Shown here one piece after another: positions 1 through 10,085 of a stretch of 31,531 nucleotides of DNA. A model generated the notes under the pieces. It saw only the letters and a list, made by a program, of their open reading frames with translations, did no database searches and had not been told where the DNA came from. The position numbers were made by a program, and so were the translations under genes. Numbering within the stretch: the stretch's first letter is position 1; every line of letters begins with the position of its first letter. Source of the DNA: an uncultured Methanomicrobiaceae archaeon (GTDB lineage Archaea; Halobacteriota; Methanomicrobia; Methanomicrobiales; Methanoculleaceae); contig CAWGXH010000011.1 in assembly GCA_963826525.1 (NCBI GenBank), positions 1 to 31,531 of the forward strand, in the 5' to 3' direction.

Positions 1-356
1 TTCGCCGGCCAGTGGAAGACGTCTCCGAGGACTCGGGCAGATCGCGGGTGAATGGTCCCTGAATACACCCCGGCGATATGCTCCCTACGCTCTTTCGTCG
101 GCGTTTCATCCCGGAGTTACTCCCGACCCCTGTTCCGATCTCGAGCGCTTCGGGCACCGGCCGCCCTTCCCGGGTGAGCGCAAGGGTATTTTTGCCATTC
201 TCGGGCATGCAAAGGCATTCTGACCGGGACGGGATGTGCCTAGGGAATGAGCGATCTTCGCGAACGATTCATCCAGCTGAAAAAAAGGTTTTCTCCATGC
301 CCGGCTCCTTTTCAAAACCGGGGTACTCAAATACGGGGACAGGACTATGCCCTTGT

Positions 357-1907
357 ATGACGCTGAAAAATGCCCTGGCACTCTTCATCGCACTACTGCT
401 GGCCGCTCCCCTCGCGTCGGCCGGAAATCTCACCATTACCCAGCCCTCGGCGAACGAGACCGTTTTCGCCGAGATGCGGGACTTCTATGTCTACGGCATC
501 TTTCCGGCACCGCTCGAGCGGCCCGGAAACATCAGAGTTACCGTCCAGGACGGCGACGGCGTTGTCATCCGCACGATTGTCAGCGCCGTCAACGAAAGCG
601 GCATAACACCGGAGCGTTCGGTCGATATGAGCCTTGTCCCGTCGAAATGGGGAGACATCCTCGCCCCCGACGCGATCACCGGGCCGGGAGGGATCGGAAA
701 CGGCAGCAACAAGCTGCTGGTGACCGGTACCTACTACCTTGCCCTGGTGCAGGGCGGCGCAACGAAGGAGATGGGGAGTTATACCGATGTGAGCGGCGGT
801 TCGCTATCCCCGATTACCCGGGATCTGACCGCCGGCACCTACACTATCGTCGTCGAAGGGCTGGACGGGGATCTCGCCGGGGAGACGGTGGAGAAGCAGA
901 TCACGTTCGGAAGAACCCATGCGTCACTCGGCCTCTTCCGGCCGGAGGTAAACAAGCAGAACGTCGTCGACTGGGCACAAAGCAGGAACCCGCCGCTCCG
1001 CACCTATCTCGACTGGTTCCCGGGATACTTCCAGGTCGGGGACGCAGGCTATGAGATCCCTGATCGGTGGCAGACAAACAACGGCATCGAGGTCGCAAAC
1101 GACCTTATGGGGACGCTGATCGACACGGTTCCCGCCGCAGAGGACGATTTTATCGTCTACAATATGGGCAACACCAGCGCGACCCGGCAGGTCGAACTTG
1201 CCGCGATCCTCCGGTGCGGTCTCGCGGATTCCGGCGGCATGACGTTTACGCACTATGACGTCGGCGAACCGTCGCTGGCGTGGGTGGACCGGGCAACCGG
1301 CGAAGCGGTGTCGGTGAGCGGCAGTCTCGTGCCGTATCCCGACGAAACCCGGATCGTGTTCACCCGCGTCGAGATCACAAGCGAACCCGTCCGGGACAAC
1401 TATTTCAGTACGGTCGCCGCCGATAGCCGAATGATCGTCGATACGACGCCGCTCTGCGTTCGGATCACGCAGGGGGAGAATCTGACGTTCTACGGGGTGA
1501 CCCGGCCGATTGCAACCACGCTGACGAGCGCCGGCAGTGCCTACCGCTTCACCCCCGACGATCAGATCCTCACCTACGTGTACGAGAACGGAACGCTCGG
1601 AACATTCACCTTCTCCGGCTGCCTCGTCCGGGAGTTCGACGGCGGGTTTATGGGATACGCCAATTATGAGTTCGGGCACGCATTTGCAGACACCACAGCG
1701 ATGCCGGCGGGGACATGGCTGCTCTCCGTGAGTGGATACAATACGACCGGGGCGCTCGTAGAGCAGACGAACACGACGATCGAGCTCGAGGTCGTGCCGG
1801 CGACAACGGCCGCGGCAGCTGCTGCGGGAGCGAGGGAGGCGCCCGGGTTCGGGATTATAGGAGTGGTTGCCATGCTCGGGATGGGGGCGATCCTTCGCCG
1901 GAGGTGA
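357..1907 (+). CDS. Secreted cell-surface protein with PGF-CTERM archaeosortase sorting signal
   Basis: Start re-called at ATG 357 (MTLKNALALFIALLLAAPLASAG, a signal peptide). C-terminus is a T/A-rich linker followed by APGFGIIGVVAMLGMGAILRRR (PGF motif, TM helix, basic tail). Confidence 0.85.
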   Translation: MTLKNALALFIALLLAAPLASAGNLTITQPSANETVFAEMRDFYVYGIFPAPLERPGNIRVTVQDGDGVVIRTIVSAVNESGITPERSVDMSLVPSKWGDILAPDAITGPGGIGNGSNKLLVTGTYYLALVQGGATKEMGSYTDVSGGSLSPITRDLTAGTYTIVVEGLDGDLAGETVEKQITFGRTHASLGLFRPEVNKQNVVDWAQSRNPPLRTYLDWFPGYFQVGDAGYEIPDRWQTNNGIEVANDLMGTLIDTVPAAEDDFIVYNMGNTSATRQVELAAILRCGLADSGGMTFTHYDVGEPSLAWVDRATGEAVSVSGSLVPYPDETRIVFTRVEITSEPVRDNYFSTVAADSRMIVDTTPLCVRITQGENLTFYGVTRPIATTLTSAGSAYRFTPDDQILTYVYENGTLGTFTFSGCLVREFDGGFMGYANYEFGHAFADTTAMPAGTWLLSVSGYNTTGALVEQTNTTIELEVVPATTAAAAAAGAREAPGFGIIGVVAMLGMGAILRRR

Positions 1908-2303
1908 GGCGTCGCGGTCATCGAGCGGCATCAATACCGTTGTGGGACGTCGCGTTGTATGACAATTACGTATACTTTCCCGGGATTGATGGTTGAGGAT
2001 ATGAGACTATGTGTAGTGCTGCTGTGTTGCATAATACCTACCTGAGGGTAGTGAAAACAGCAGTATAGCATCTCAATGTCCAAAAGAAGCATAGTTATAG
2101 GTTCTTTACGGGTTCTCCCAATCTGGGTTCACAGGTCTTGAATAGGCAATTTGAGGGAGCAGCAACGGTTTTCAATATTTATGCAACACCCGCAATCAGA
2201 AGAGGCCGGAAACCCCATGCGTCAACGTGTGAATGGCCGTGATGTGATAATGAATGATCTGTTCCGGGTCCGAAAATATGTTAATAGGACTTCATTCCGG
2301 GTA

Positions 2304-2927
2304 TCATGGCAGATCCCCATTGCCAATCTTCTCCAAATGCCTGATCCTTGCCACAAAATAGACGATCATGACAGCCATCAGGAACACTGCGAAAAGCAGT
2401 GACAGAAGAACGATCCAGAGGGGCACTACTCCTGCAAGCACAATAACTGCTGCGATACCGACCGGGAGATTTAAAACGATGCTCGCTGCAAGGCCGGGGT
2501 TATACTCTCGAGACTGTACTGCCCGGAAAATATGGAGAACGCCGTTTACCACGGTCAGCCAGGCTACCCAGACCCCGAAACCAGGATCATAGAGCGTGGA
2601 GAGCACTGCCGATGAGGGAAACAAGAACCAGATGATGCCTACGTTTATCCAGTAGGCTGCTCTCGGCGTCAGCACGCACTCGTTGTCATCGAGCCCCGAA
2701 TGTCTCTGCAAGAGACGGTTGGTATAATCATCAAAACCGCCGGGATATATGTATTCCTCAAACTCATGGATAAAATAGACCGGAATGCAAAGCCAGATGA
2801 GAAAAACCGGCAGCGTGAGAGGATATACAAAGAGAAAGATGAACATGAGCGAATACGCTGCCAGAAACGGAAGGGCGCAGGGCCAGTAGGAATAGAGCCA
2901 TTCTGAAATATTTTTCATTTTCTCCAT
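2304..2927 (-). CDS. HXXEE-domain integral membrane protein
   Basis: IHEFEEYIYPGGF motif, NGVLH and YNPGL motifs, about 6 hydrophobic segments. GAGG lies upstream of ATG 2927. Confidence 0.85.
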   Translation of the reverse strand: MEKMKNISEWLYSYWPCALPFLAAYSLMFIFLFVYPLTLPVFLIWLCIPVYFIHEFEEYIYPGGFDDYTNRLLQRHSGLDDNECVLTPRAAYWINVGIIWFLFPSSAVLSTLYDPGFGVWVAWLTVVNGVLHIFRAVQSREYNPGLAASIVLNLPVGIAAVIVLAGVVPLWIVLLSLLFAVFLMAVMIVYFVARIRHLEKIGNGDLP

Positions 2928-3148
2928 GCATAATCCTCGCAGAGATGTCAGGAGTACCTTCGCGGCGACCAAAATTATGTGTTTTCTTTTGGAGAATGTG
3001 GTAGGGGCATATCTGCCCGGCGTGAACAGGAGGGCGGATTTCTCATTCTTTCGTCTCGTACCTTGTATGAGGTGCTCATTCGCTGCCAGAAGAGGCTCGT
3101 CATTCTCACTCTACATCACCAGAAGTTCTGTAGAGGCCAATCTTCCTT

Positions 3149-3478
3149 TCCGTTTCGGTTAAGCAATGCTTAAATGCCCACAATCCGGGGCGAATCCGGA
3201 GGAATTTCGACCCTCACAGAAGCCCACAGACGGCCGATCTCGAGGCGAGGCAGGGTATCCACCCTCTGAAAATTACCCCCGCTCATATCGCCGGTATAGG
3301 TCTGCGATACTGCCGATTTTCGGGAATCGGGGCGATATGCTCCGGTTAATTTTCGCGGCGGGATCCGGGATCGGGAAACTTCGTTAGAATCGAAAAAGGG
3401 CGGCGATTTGCACTTCGTTCAGGACGGAAGGAGGGTGGTTTCCCCTCACCCCGGGGTAAGTACCCCGTCCGCCCAGGC
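3149..3478. repeat. Copy 1 of dispersed direct repeat (putative element terminus)
   Basis: 3149-3276 matches 7128-7255 over 128 bp with 2 mismatches. Patchy similarity continues to about 3478, including the last codons (WADG...G*) of a paralog of the 7429-7932 gene. Confidence 0.9.
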
Positions 3479-4850
3479 CCATTGGGACGAGCCCTCCGCG
3501 TTCATCGATTCGATAATCACCATGGCGTACCTCGATCTTGCAGCCCCGGCCTTCGATCTTGGGACCTGCCGGGCGGGATTCGTGCAGATTGCGGTGGATG
3601 CCTCTCGCCCAACGTGGCTGGAGAACTCATGCTTCCACCCGGGCATCGGTCACATTACGCGATGATGAGGCTACCCGAAGTACCGATTCCGGCGCATCCA
3701 GGCGAGGGGTGGTGCGAAGATCACGTGGCGGTGATCCTGTCCAGGACATTTCACATCCATTTTCCTCCCCTGACCGCAGATCTCCATCGTGAGAGACCGG
3801 CGCCGGTGGGCAGCCCTCGCCCCGCAACACCGCGGTGAGGAGCAGGCCGTGCATACGACCAAAACGCTCTCCTCACTATCCGAAAAACGGAATAGCCTTT
3901 CCAGTATCAAGACACAGGCCGATACCTCGACCAGTCGACCGGGTCGGCCTATCGTGTCGAATGCATCAGAGAACGAATCAGATGTGGAGGATATCAGGTA
4001 CTGCCGCTGGTAACCGGCTGGGATGAGATAGCAGATCGAATGACCCTTCTCCATCGTGAAAAGGATTTTCTGAGGAGGTGTGAGGCCTAATTTCCAGGAG
4101 CAGATACTGCGCTGAGTCATGACGAAAAAAAACGCAATAACACGCTAATTATCATGGTGACCTGAACGAATGCACGACAGTAATAGTGGGAAATTACCCT
4201 CCGGCGGATTTGTGCAACACGGCACTTCACTTCCTTCACCTGCTCTTTTCATCAAATGTTCATCCGGGTTACTTCGGGAAACTCCGTAGAAAGGCGTTGG
4301 AGACGAATTTGAACAATGAACCTGATGGAAAAGGGCAACATGAAGTTGATACGGAGAACCACGGTAGTAGAGGCATTCCCAACGAGAAATCACTCTTTAT
4401 GCTGACAGGTTCCTGTTTGATGGGGTATCATCAGGGAGTGGAATTTCCGGCAGAAGGTATTTGACAATGGAGAAGGAATGATCTGGCAAGGATACAGGGC
4501 TTAACCAAACTACAGAGAATTGAGGCACTACCCATGTGGAGTCGGATGTTCATTTCTTCATACGAGACGATGAGAGAACAGATCAATTGGCTTGATAGAA
4601 CGATGATCGAATGTATGATCCATAGGGGTAGTGTGGTCACGGGAATTGCATTTGGTACAGCAGCAACTGCTGGGAACTCAGTTCATTCGGAAAATTATAG
4701 GGGTGCTTGCTGTCGTGCGAAGTATGAAGATAGCAACGCAGACAGCAAGCCGGTTTCTCTTCATCCATATCGTGAAAGAATTGGAACAGCAAGTTCTCGT
4801 TCTCTAGGTGAAGTACCTCAACCCGGCAAGGCTATCCAGGAGGAGGCTCA

Positions 4851-6386
4851 ATGAGTCTCCCCATCGCCCAGCTGATTTCAATGCCCGAAGGCAAAACACT
4901 GGAGTTCAAACGAGACCTTTCATCTCCCAGGAATATCCTGAAAACACTGGTTGCATTTGCCAACACAGCCGGCGGACAGCTTTCATCGGAGTGGAAGACG
5001 GTTCAAGGGAAGTTTTGGGAGTTGAAAACCCGCTGGATGAAGAAGAGCGGCTGTGTAATCTTATTGCTGACAGTATCGAGCCACGGCTTGTGCCCAATGT
5101 TGAACTGATTGCAATTGAAGATAAGGCCCTGCTGGGGGTGGAGGTGTACCCAGCAGTTCGCGCCCCCACTGGATAAAGAAAGAAGGTTCTGCAGATGGCG
5201 TGTATGTCCGCCTTGGTTCAACGAACAGGAAAGCCGATAGGCAACTTACCGCGGAGCTGGAACGCAGTGTTACAGGAACGGCCTTTGATGAGTTGCCACT
5301 GCCTGAGCTGACTGCAGATGCGCTAGACCTTACGGCCGCACGAGCACTGTTTGAAGGACAGCGGGAGTTAAACGAAAAGGGGCTGCTCACGCTGAGACTG
5401 CTCACACCGGTGCAGGGAAAGTTGGTTCCGACCATCGGCGGGGTGCTACTCTTCGGAAGAGACCGTGAGGAACACTTCCCGGATGCCTGGATTCAATGCG
5501 GGCGTTTTGCAGGTACGACAAAGAATGTCATCTTTGATCACACCGAGATTCATGAGCACCTGCCTATCGCCGTCGAGCGTGTCATTGAGTTTATAAAAAA
5601 GCATGCAATGAGAGGGGCAGACTTATCCGAAATCCGCCGTCGCGATGTCTGGAGCATTCCCATGATCATTGTGCGTGAAGCGGTTATCAATGCCATAGTG
5701 CATGCAGATTATTCCCAGATCGGTGCACCTCTGCGGGTTGCCATCTATGATGACCGGGTAGAGATAGAAAACCCTGGCATTTTGCTTCCAGGCATGACCA
5801 TTGAGGACGTCAGGCAGGGTGTATCCAAGATTCGCAACCGTGTGATCGCTCGTGTGTTTCGGGAGTCGGGCTTATCGAACAGTGGGGCAGCGGGTTTCGC
5901 CGGATTCTTGACGAAGCAGAGAAGCAGAACTTACCTGAGCCTGTGATCGAAGAAATTGGGATGAAAGTTCGTTTTACAGTTTTTTTGGAGGAGAATATCC
6001 CGACGGGGACGAAGTCGCAGAGGATATGCGAACAAGTAACCGAACAAGTAACCGAACAAGTAACCGAACAAGTAACCGAACAAGTAACCGAACAAGTAAC
6101 CGAACAAGTAACCGAACAAGTAACCGAACAAGTAACCGAACAAGTAACCGAACAAGTAAGACGCCTTCTGGTCTGCCTGAACACAAAACCTCTTGGAGGA
6201 AAAGATGCCATGCAATGCCTGGATCTCAGCCACCGCCCCACATTTCTGTATGATTACCTAAAGCCGGCAATTCAGGCAGGGCTTGTTGAGATGACACAGC
6301 CGGATTCACCAAAAAGTCCGACGCAGAAATACCGCCTGACTGAAAAGGGTAACGAAATTCTCAGAAAAGAGAAAAGAGTGACATAG
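4851..6386 (+). CDS. AlbA_2 (Schlafen-like) + HATPase_c_4 ('RecG C-terminal') + C-terminal wHTH protein; frameshifted at about 4980, 5160 and 5870
   Basis: EGKTLEFKRD..AFANTAGG, then REAVINAIVHADYS..IENPG..SKIRNRVIA, then GLVEMTQPDSPKSPTQKYRLTEKG, in consecutive overlapping frames. Confidence 0.85.
6029..6160 (+). repeat. In-frame tandem repeat, 11 x CGAACAAGTAAC (encodes EQVT x10 + EQVR)
   Basis: Direct count: 10 perfect units plus one with a last-base mismatch. Confidence 0.98.
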
Positions 6387-6609
6387 TTCATGGGGAATAG
6401 CATGATGCCAGACAGTAATAGCATGGCTACCTCATCACCCTGACCACGATCGCTTATCTCCGGAGAGATCAAGCCGAGGAACGAAGGTTATAGCGCTCAT
6501 TGCCGTGTTGAATAATTCTGGTCGCCCGACCGCAAAAGAGAAGATGCCGGTCGCCCCTGCCGGTCTTTCATGGCGAAGAAAGAACGCTGGGGACGGCCGT
6601 ACCATGACA

Positions 6610-6830
6610 CTCGCGACTGGAGTATATAATGAGCGGCTGGTTCGGCGGGGTGAGTTCTCCCTCTCGCTTGACTACATCAGCCAGTGGGACAAGCTCCTTT
6701 CGCAGATGAATGCCGGGAGGCGTGACCGCCCGTATCAGTATCCGGAACCGTTCATCACGTGGATGGCCTGCATCCACATCTTTCTCCTGATGCCTTGCCG
6801 CCAGATGGAGGGGTTTACCCGGAAGCTTTG
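6610..6830 (+). pseudogene. IS5-family (IS903-like) transposase N-terminal remnant
   Basis: YNERLVRRGE...GRRDRPYQYPE...RQMEGF motif. No DDE domain follows. Confidence 0.75.
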
Positions 6831-7127
6831 CACAGATCAAGAGAATTTAGCAAAACGATTTTATATTCCCGTCCACATGCGCAGTTCTCTCTTATAACCT
6901 CTCACAGAGAGAAGATCCACCAATACCCTCCTCTCCGAAATCATCCGTTGCAGTTCCTCATGTCCTCTGCAGGTGTATCACCTCTGCCCAGTAGCCTCGC
7001 CGATGTTCACGCTGATGTTACACTCGTCGGGGCGGAAGCGTGCGTCGAAGAGGCCAGCAACGTGTCCCGGAGAGCGAGCTGGCAGGTGTACTTCGCAGCG
7101 AACAACCAGATCGGGAACCCGGAGGCC

Positions 7128-7460
7128 TCCGTTCCGGTTAAGCAATGCTTAAATGCCCACAATCCGGGGCGAATCCGGAGGAATTTCGACCCTCACAGAA
7201 GCCCACAGGCGGCCGATCTCGAGGCGAGGCAGGGTATCCACCCTCTGAAAATTACTGTCGCTCATACGGCCGTCATATATCAATGATTCTGCCAGATTTC
7301 AGGAATCCGGGCGATATGCTTCGATGAACAATCCCGCCAAAATCCGCTCTCTGAAATCAGCCTCAAAACCGACAAATACTCCTAAAATAGCCCTCTTCCA
7401 GAACGGAAAGAGAGGGGGTATCCCTCCCTCACCCGAGCGCCGGCATGCCGTCCGCCCAGG
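7128..7460. repeat. Copy 2 of dispersed direct repeat (putative element terminus)
   Basis: See 3149-3478. Lies immediately downstream of the 7429-7932 gene. Confidence 0.9.
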
Positions 7461-7932
7461 TCTCGACCGTGGTGCGGATGGCATCGTCCTGGTAGCTCGT
7501 GATCCTGACCGCGTCCCGGCTGAACGTGACGTAGTAGATCTCGCCGGACGGGTCGTGGCACTTGAGCTGGCACGAGTAGGTGTCGTGCTCGGCGTCGCGG
7601 ACGGCCTCGCCGCCCATCGCGGTTGCAAGGGTGGCGTCGCCCATGATCTCGGCGGCGACGGTCCCGAACGCAGCGACGGTCGGTGCCCGTGCGGAGATTG
7701 CCCCGACACGCTTGCCGTCGTCGTCCTCGAAGTTCACCTTCGCGGTGTAGGACTCACGGTTCAGCGTGACGCCGTCATACGTGACGCCGCCCTCGATGTA
7801 GTCCACGCACTCGAAGGGGTTGTCTGAAAGCACGCTCGCGACAATGGTGTCAAAAGCGGTGACATCGGCGATCGGCAGGGAAAGTTCCCGGACCGCCGTC
7901 TTGGTGTTGCTCTTCTCGACAAAGTCTGCCAT
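7429..7932 (-). CDS. Hypothetical protein, 167 aa (MADFVEKSNTKTAVREL...), recalled as a conserved Methanomicrobiales family
   Basis: Intact ORF, GGAG RBS, strong GC3 bias, acidic globular sequence. Family assignment is from memory and unverified. Confidence 0.8.
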   Translation of the reverse strand: MADFVEKSNTKTAVRELSLPIADVTAFDTIVASVLSDNPFECVDYIEGGVTYDGVTLNRESYTAKVNFEDDDGKRVGAISARAPTVAAFGTVAAEIMGDATLATAMGGEAVRDAEHDTYSCQLKCHDPSGEIYYVTFSRDAVRITSYQDDAIRTTVETWADGMPALG

Positions 7933-8201
7933 TGGTTGTTGCTCCTGCCTGCCTGGTCCCGGGATGACAGACAATCATAAGATATTACCCAAGAGAATAT
8001 CAATCTGCCTTGACCGGCGGGGTTCTGAGAGGTGTGTGCCGGGCGCCACCGCAGCCGCAACGGCTTTCAAGGTTCGCATAACCCTGCTGCACCACGCCGA
8101 GAGGCCCCGGCAAGGAGCGTCGTACTGCCGCAGAATTATTACTTCAAGTAATGTATATCCCTCACCGGCGCATACCCATTCTCCAACGGAGGAGTGATGC
8201 G

Positions 8202-8447
8202 ATGCCGGAGGAGAAGACAACCCGGGAACTCGTCTACGAGGTTAGCCGGGACGTGAAGTGGATCTGCAGGACGCTGCAGCGGATGGAGGCGCGGGACGAG
8301 GAGTTTGAAGCCCGCCTTCGCAGCCTCGAAGGCTGGCGGCAGCGGAAGACCGGCGAGGAGCGGCGACTCTCGCGGATCGGTGCCGGTGCCGGCGGGCTCG
8401 TCGGCGGGCTCGTCGCGGTGCTGGTGCGGGTGCTCGGCGGGCGGTAG
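8202..8447 (+). CDS. Small coiled-coil protein with C-terminal Gly-rich TM helix (phage XhlA/holin-like architecture)
   Basis: GGAGG RBS. RLRSLE coiled coil followed by IGAGAGGLVGGLVAVLVRVLG. Confidence 0.7.
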   Translation: MPEEKTTRELVYEVSRDVKWICRTLQRMEARDEEFEARLRSLEGWRQRKTGEERRLSRIGAGAGGLVGGLVAVLVRVLGGR

Positions 8448-8714
8448 GCTCTGCAGGACGAGATCGCCTCTCTGACCTTCCTCACCTGCCGGCATTTCAC
8501 GGTTAGATTGAACTCTCCCTCGGGGAATGCTGTACTCCGCACGAAACGTTCAGGCCTCCCCCGGCGCGATATCCAGGTATACTTTTGCCCCCGGGATAAT
8601 CGGTATACAGATCTTTTGGCGAGATCTAAACCGCTAAAAACGTTCATATTCAAGCCGGATTCGGCTATACATCTCAATACATTTATATTACCAGCATTGA
8701 AACAGGTACTCATA

Positions 8715-9600
8715 ATGGAATGGAAACGTGACTGGGGCCTTACGGGTAGAGTATGGCTGACGATGTTCTTGCTGTTCATCCTCTACCTTGTGCTTATGAC
8801 AGTGTTGTTGGCATTCGGCGCCGGTTACTGGCTGATTGTTCTCTTAGCCGTGGGCATGGGATTAGTCCAGTACTTCTTCTCGGATAAACTGGTGCTCTGG
8901 TCGACCGGGGCACGTATCCTCGATGATGGTGAATATCCCGATCTCCACCGGACCGTAGAGAAGCTCTGCAGAGAAGCAGACCTCCCAAAGCCGAGGATTG
9001 CAATCATGCAGAGCCCGGTGCCGAACGCGTTTGCTACCGGCAGGAGCCCGAAGCATGCAGTCGTTGCCTGCACGGATTCGATCATGCAGCTGCTCAACAA
9101 GGAAGAATTAGAAGCAGTGCTTGCGCACGAACTCGCCCATGTAAAGAACCGCGATATCCTGATCCTGACCATGGCCAGTTTCATTGCGATGATCACGTCG
9201 ATGATCATGCAGAGTTTCTTCTTCTCTGCATTATTCGGCGGGCATGATCGCGAAGAAGGAGGCAGCGGGATTGTTGTCTGGATAGTGTCGATCGCTGTTT
9301 ATGCGATCAGTACGCTGCTCATCCTTGCACTCTCACGATACCGCGAGTTTGCAGCAGATCGCGGCAGCGCGCTCATCACGAAAAATCCGCGAGCATTGAT
9401 GACCGCCCTCTACAAAATAAGCGGACGGATGGATGTAGTACCTGCGCAGTACAAGACACAGGTCGAAGGAGCGAACGCATTCTTCATTATTCCCGCAGTC
9501 TCGAAAAACTCCATAATGGAGACTCCTCTCAACCCACCCGCCACTCGAAAAGCGGATCGCAAACCTTGAAAGCGTGGAGACAGAACTCCGCCGAACCTAA
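8715..9600 (+). CDS. htpX: Zinc metalloprotease HtpX (M48); frameshift near 9522
   Basis: PNAFATGRSP, AHELAH, SRYREFAADR. The conserved STHPPLEKRIANL continues in the shifted frame to TAA 9598-9600. Confidence 0.95.
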
Positions 9601-9604
9601 CCTC

Positions 9605-9611
9605 TTTTTTT
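9605..9611 (+). terminator. Oligo-T archaeal terminator after htpX
   Basis: T7 tract 4 nt after the stop codon. Confidence 0.5.
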
Positions 9612-9859
9612 CCCGTCACTGCATTGTGCATTTTTAAAAAGTGAGCGGTAGTAAGGACGAACGGTGTCCCCGCGAATCTGCCGTTAACAGAAGGAGGGTA
9701 TACTTCACGGTGAAGTATATGCGCTGACCCGACAGACATTGCTCGCTCTTGACTCCGGAACGTCCCGGAGTTCGTTTGCAGGAGTTTCATCCTCCGGATG
9801 GTGAAAGGGAATCGCAATCATGTCCGGGATGAACCCCGAACTTTTCACCGAAGGTTCTT

Positions 9860-10030
9860 CCCCGCCCTGGACCCGGCGGACGATCGTCCGGAAAGCCGTC
9901 GCTGACGGCAAACTCCGGCGCCGGGAGGCCTGCCTCGGTGCAGCGCCGGATCATATCCCGCGTACCCGTGCCCATCCGCTCGATGTAGCCGGTCAGGTAC
10001 ATCGGCCCGGCGAGGAGCGGGTTGCCCGGC
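9860..10030 (-). pseudogene. Fragment of an HATPase_c_4 / RecG-C-terminal-type protein
   Basis: NPLLAGPMYLTGYIERMGTGTRDMIRRCTEAGLPAPEF matches the N-P..A.....G.IE..G.G...I...C...GLP.PEF motif. The N-terminal part is absent. Confidence 0.7.
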
Positions 10031-10085
10031 ACCGACCCGGCCATCCCGAGCACCACCGCCGGCCCCTGCAGGGGATCGACGGGAA

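Noticed and set aside
71-145. GGCGATATGCTCC and CCGATCTCGAG words shared with the 3149/7128 repeat
   Set aside because: Short, in the opposite order and without intervening similarity; cannot support a third copy.
78-356. N-terminal extension of the 609-aa ORF
   Set aside because: The signal peptide begins at ATG 357; the upstream translation is not protein-like.
924-1934. Long antisense or alternate-frame ORFs (also 12592-13398, 14495-15094, 7324-7827)
   Set aside because: Shadow ORFs of GC-rich genes.
3166-3387. Paralogous ORFs MLKCPQSG... (also 7145-7327)
   Set aside because: They are by-products of the DNA repeat: no RBS, different stops, and no protein-like conservation beyond the identical DNA.
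3480-4800. Several short ORFs between repeat copy 1 and the AlbA gene
   Set aside because: No recognisable motifs; probably decayed sequence.
6029-6160. Possible CRISPR array
   Set aside because: Head-to-tail 12-mers with no spacers, in frame within a CDS, and no cas genes.
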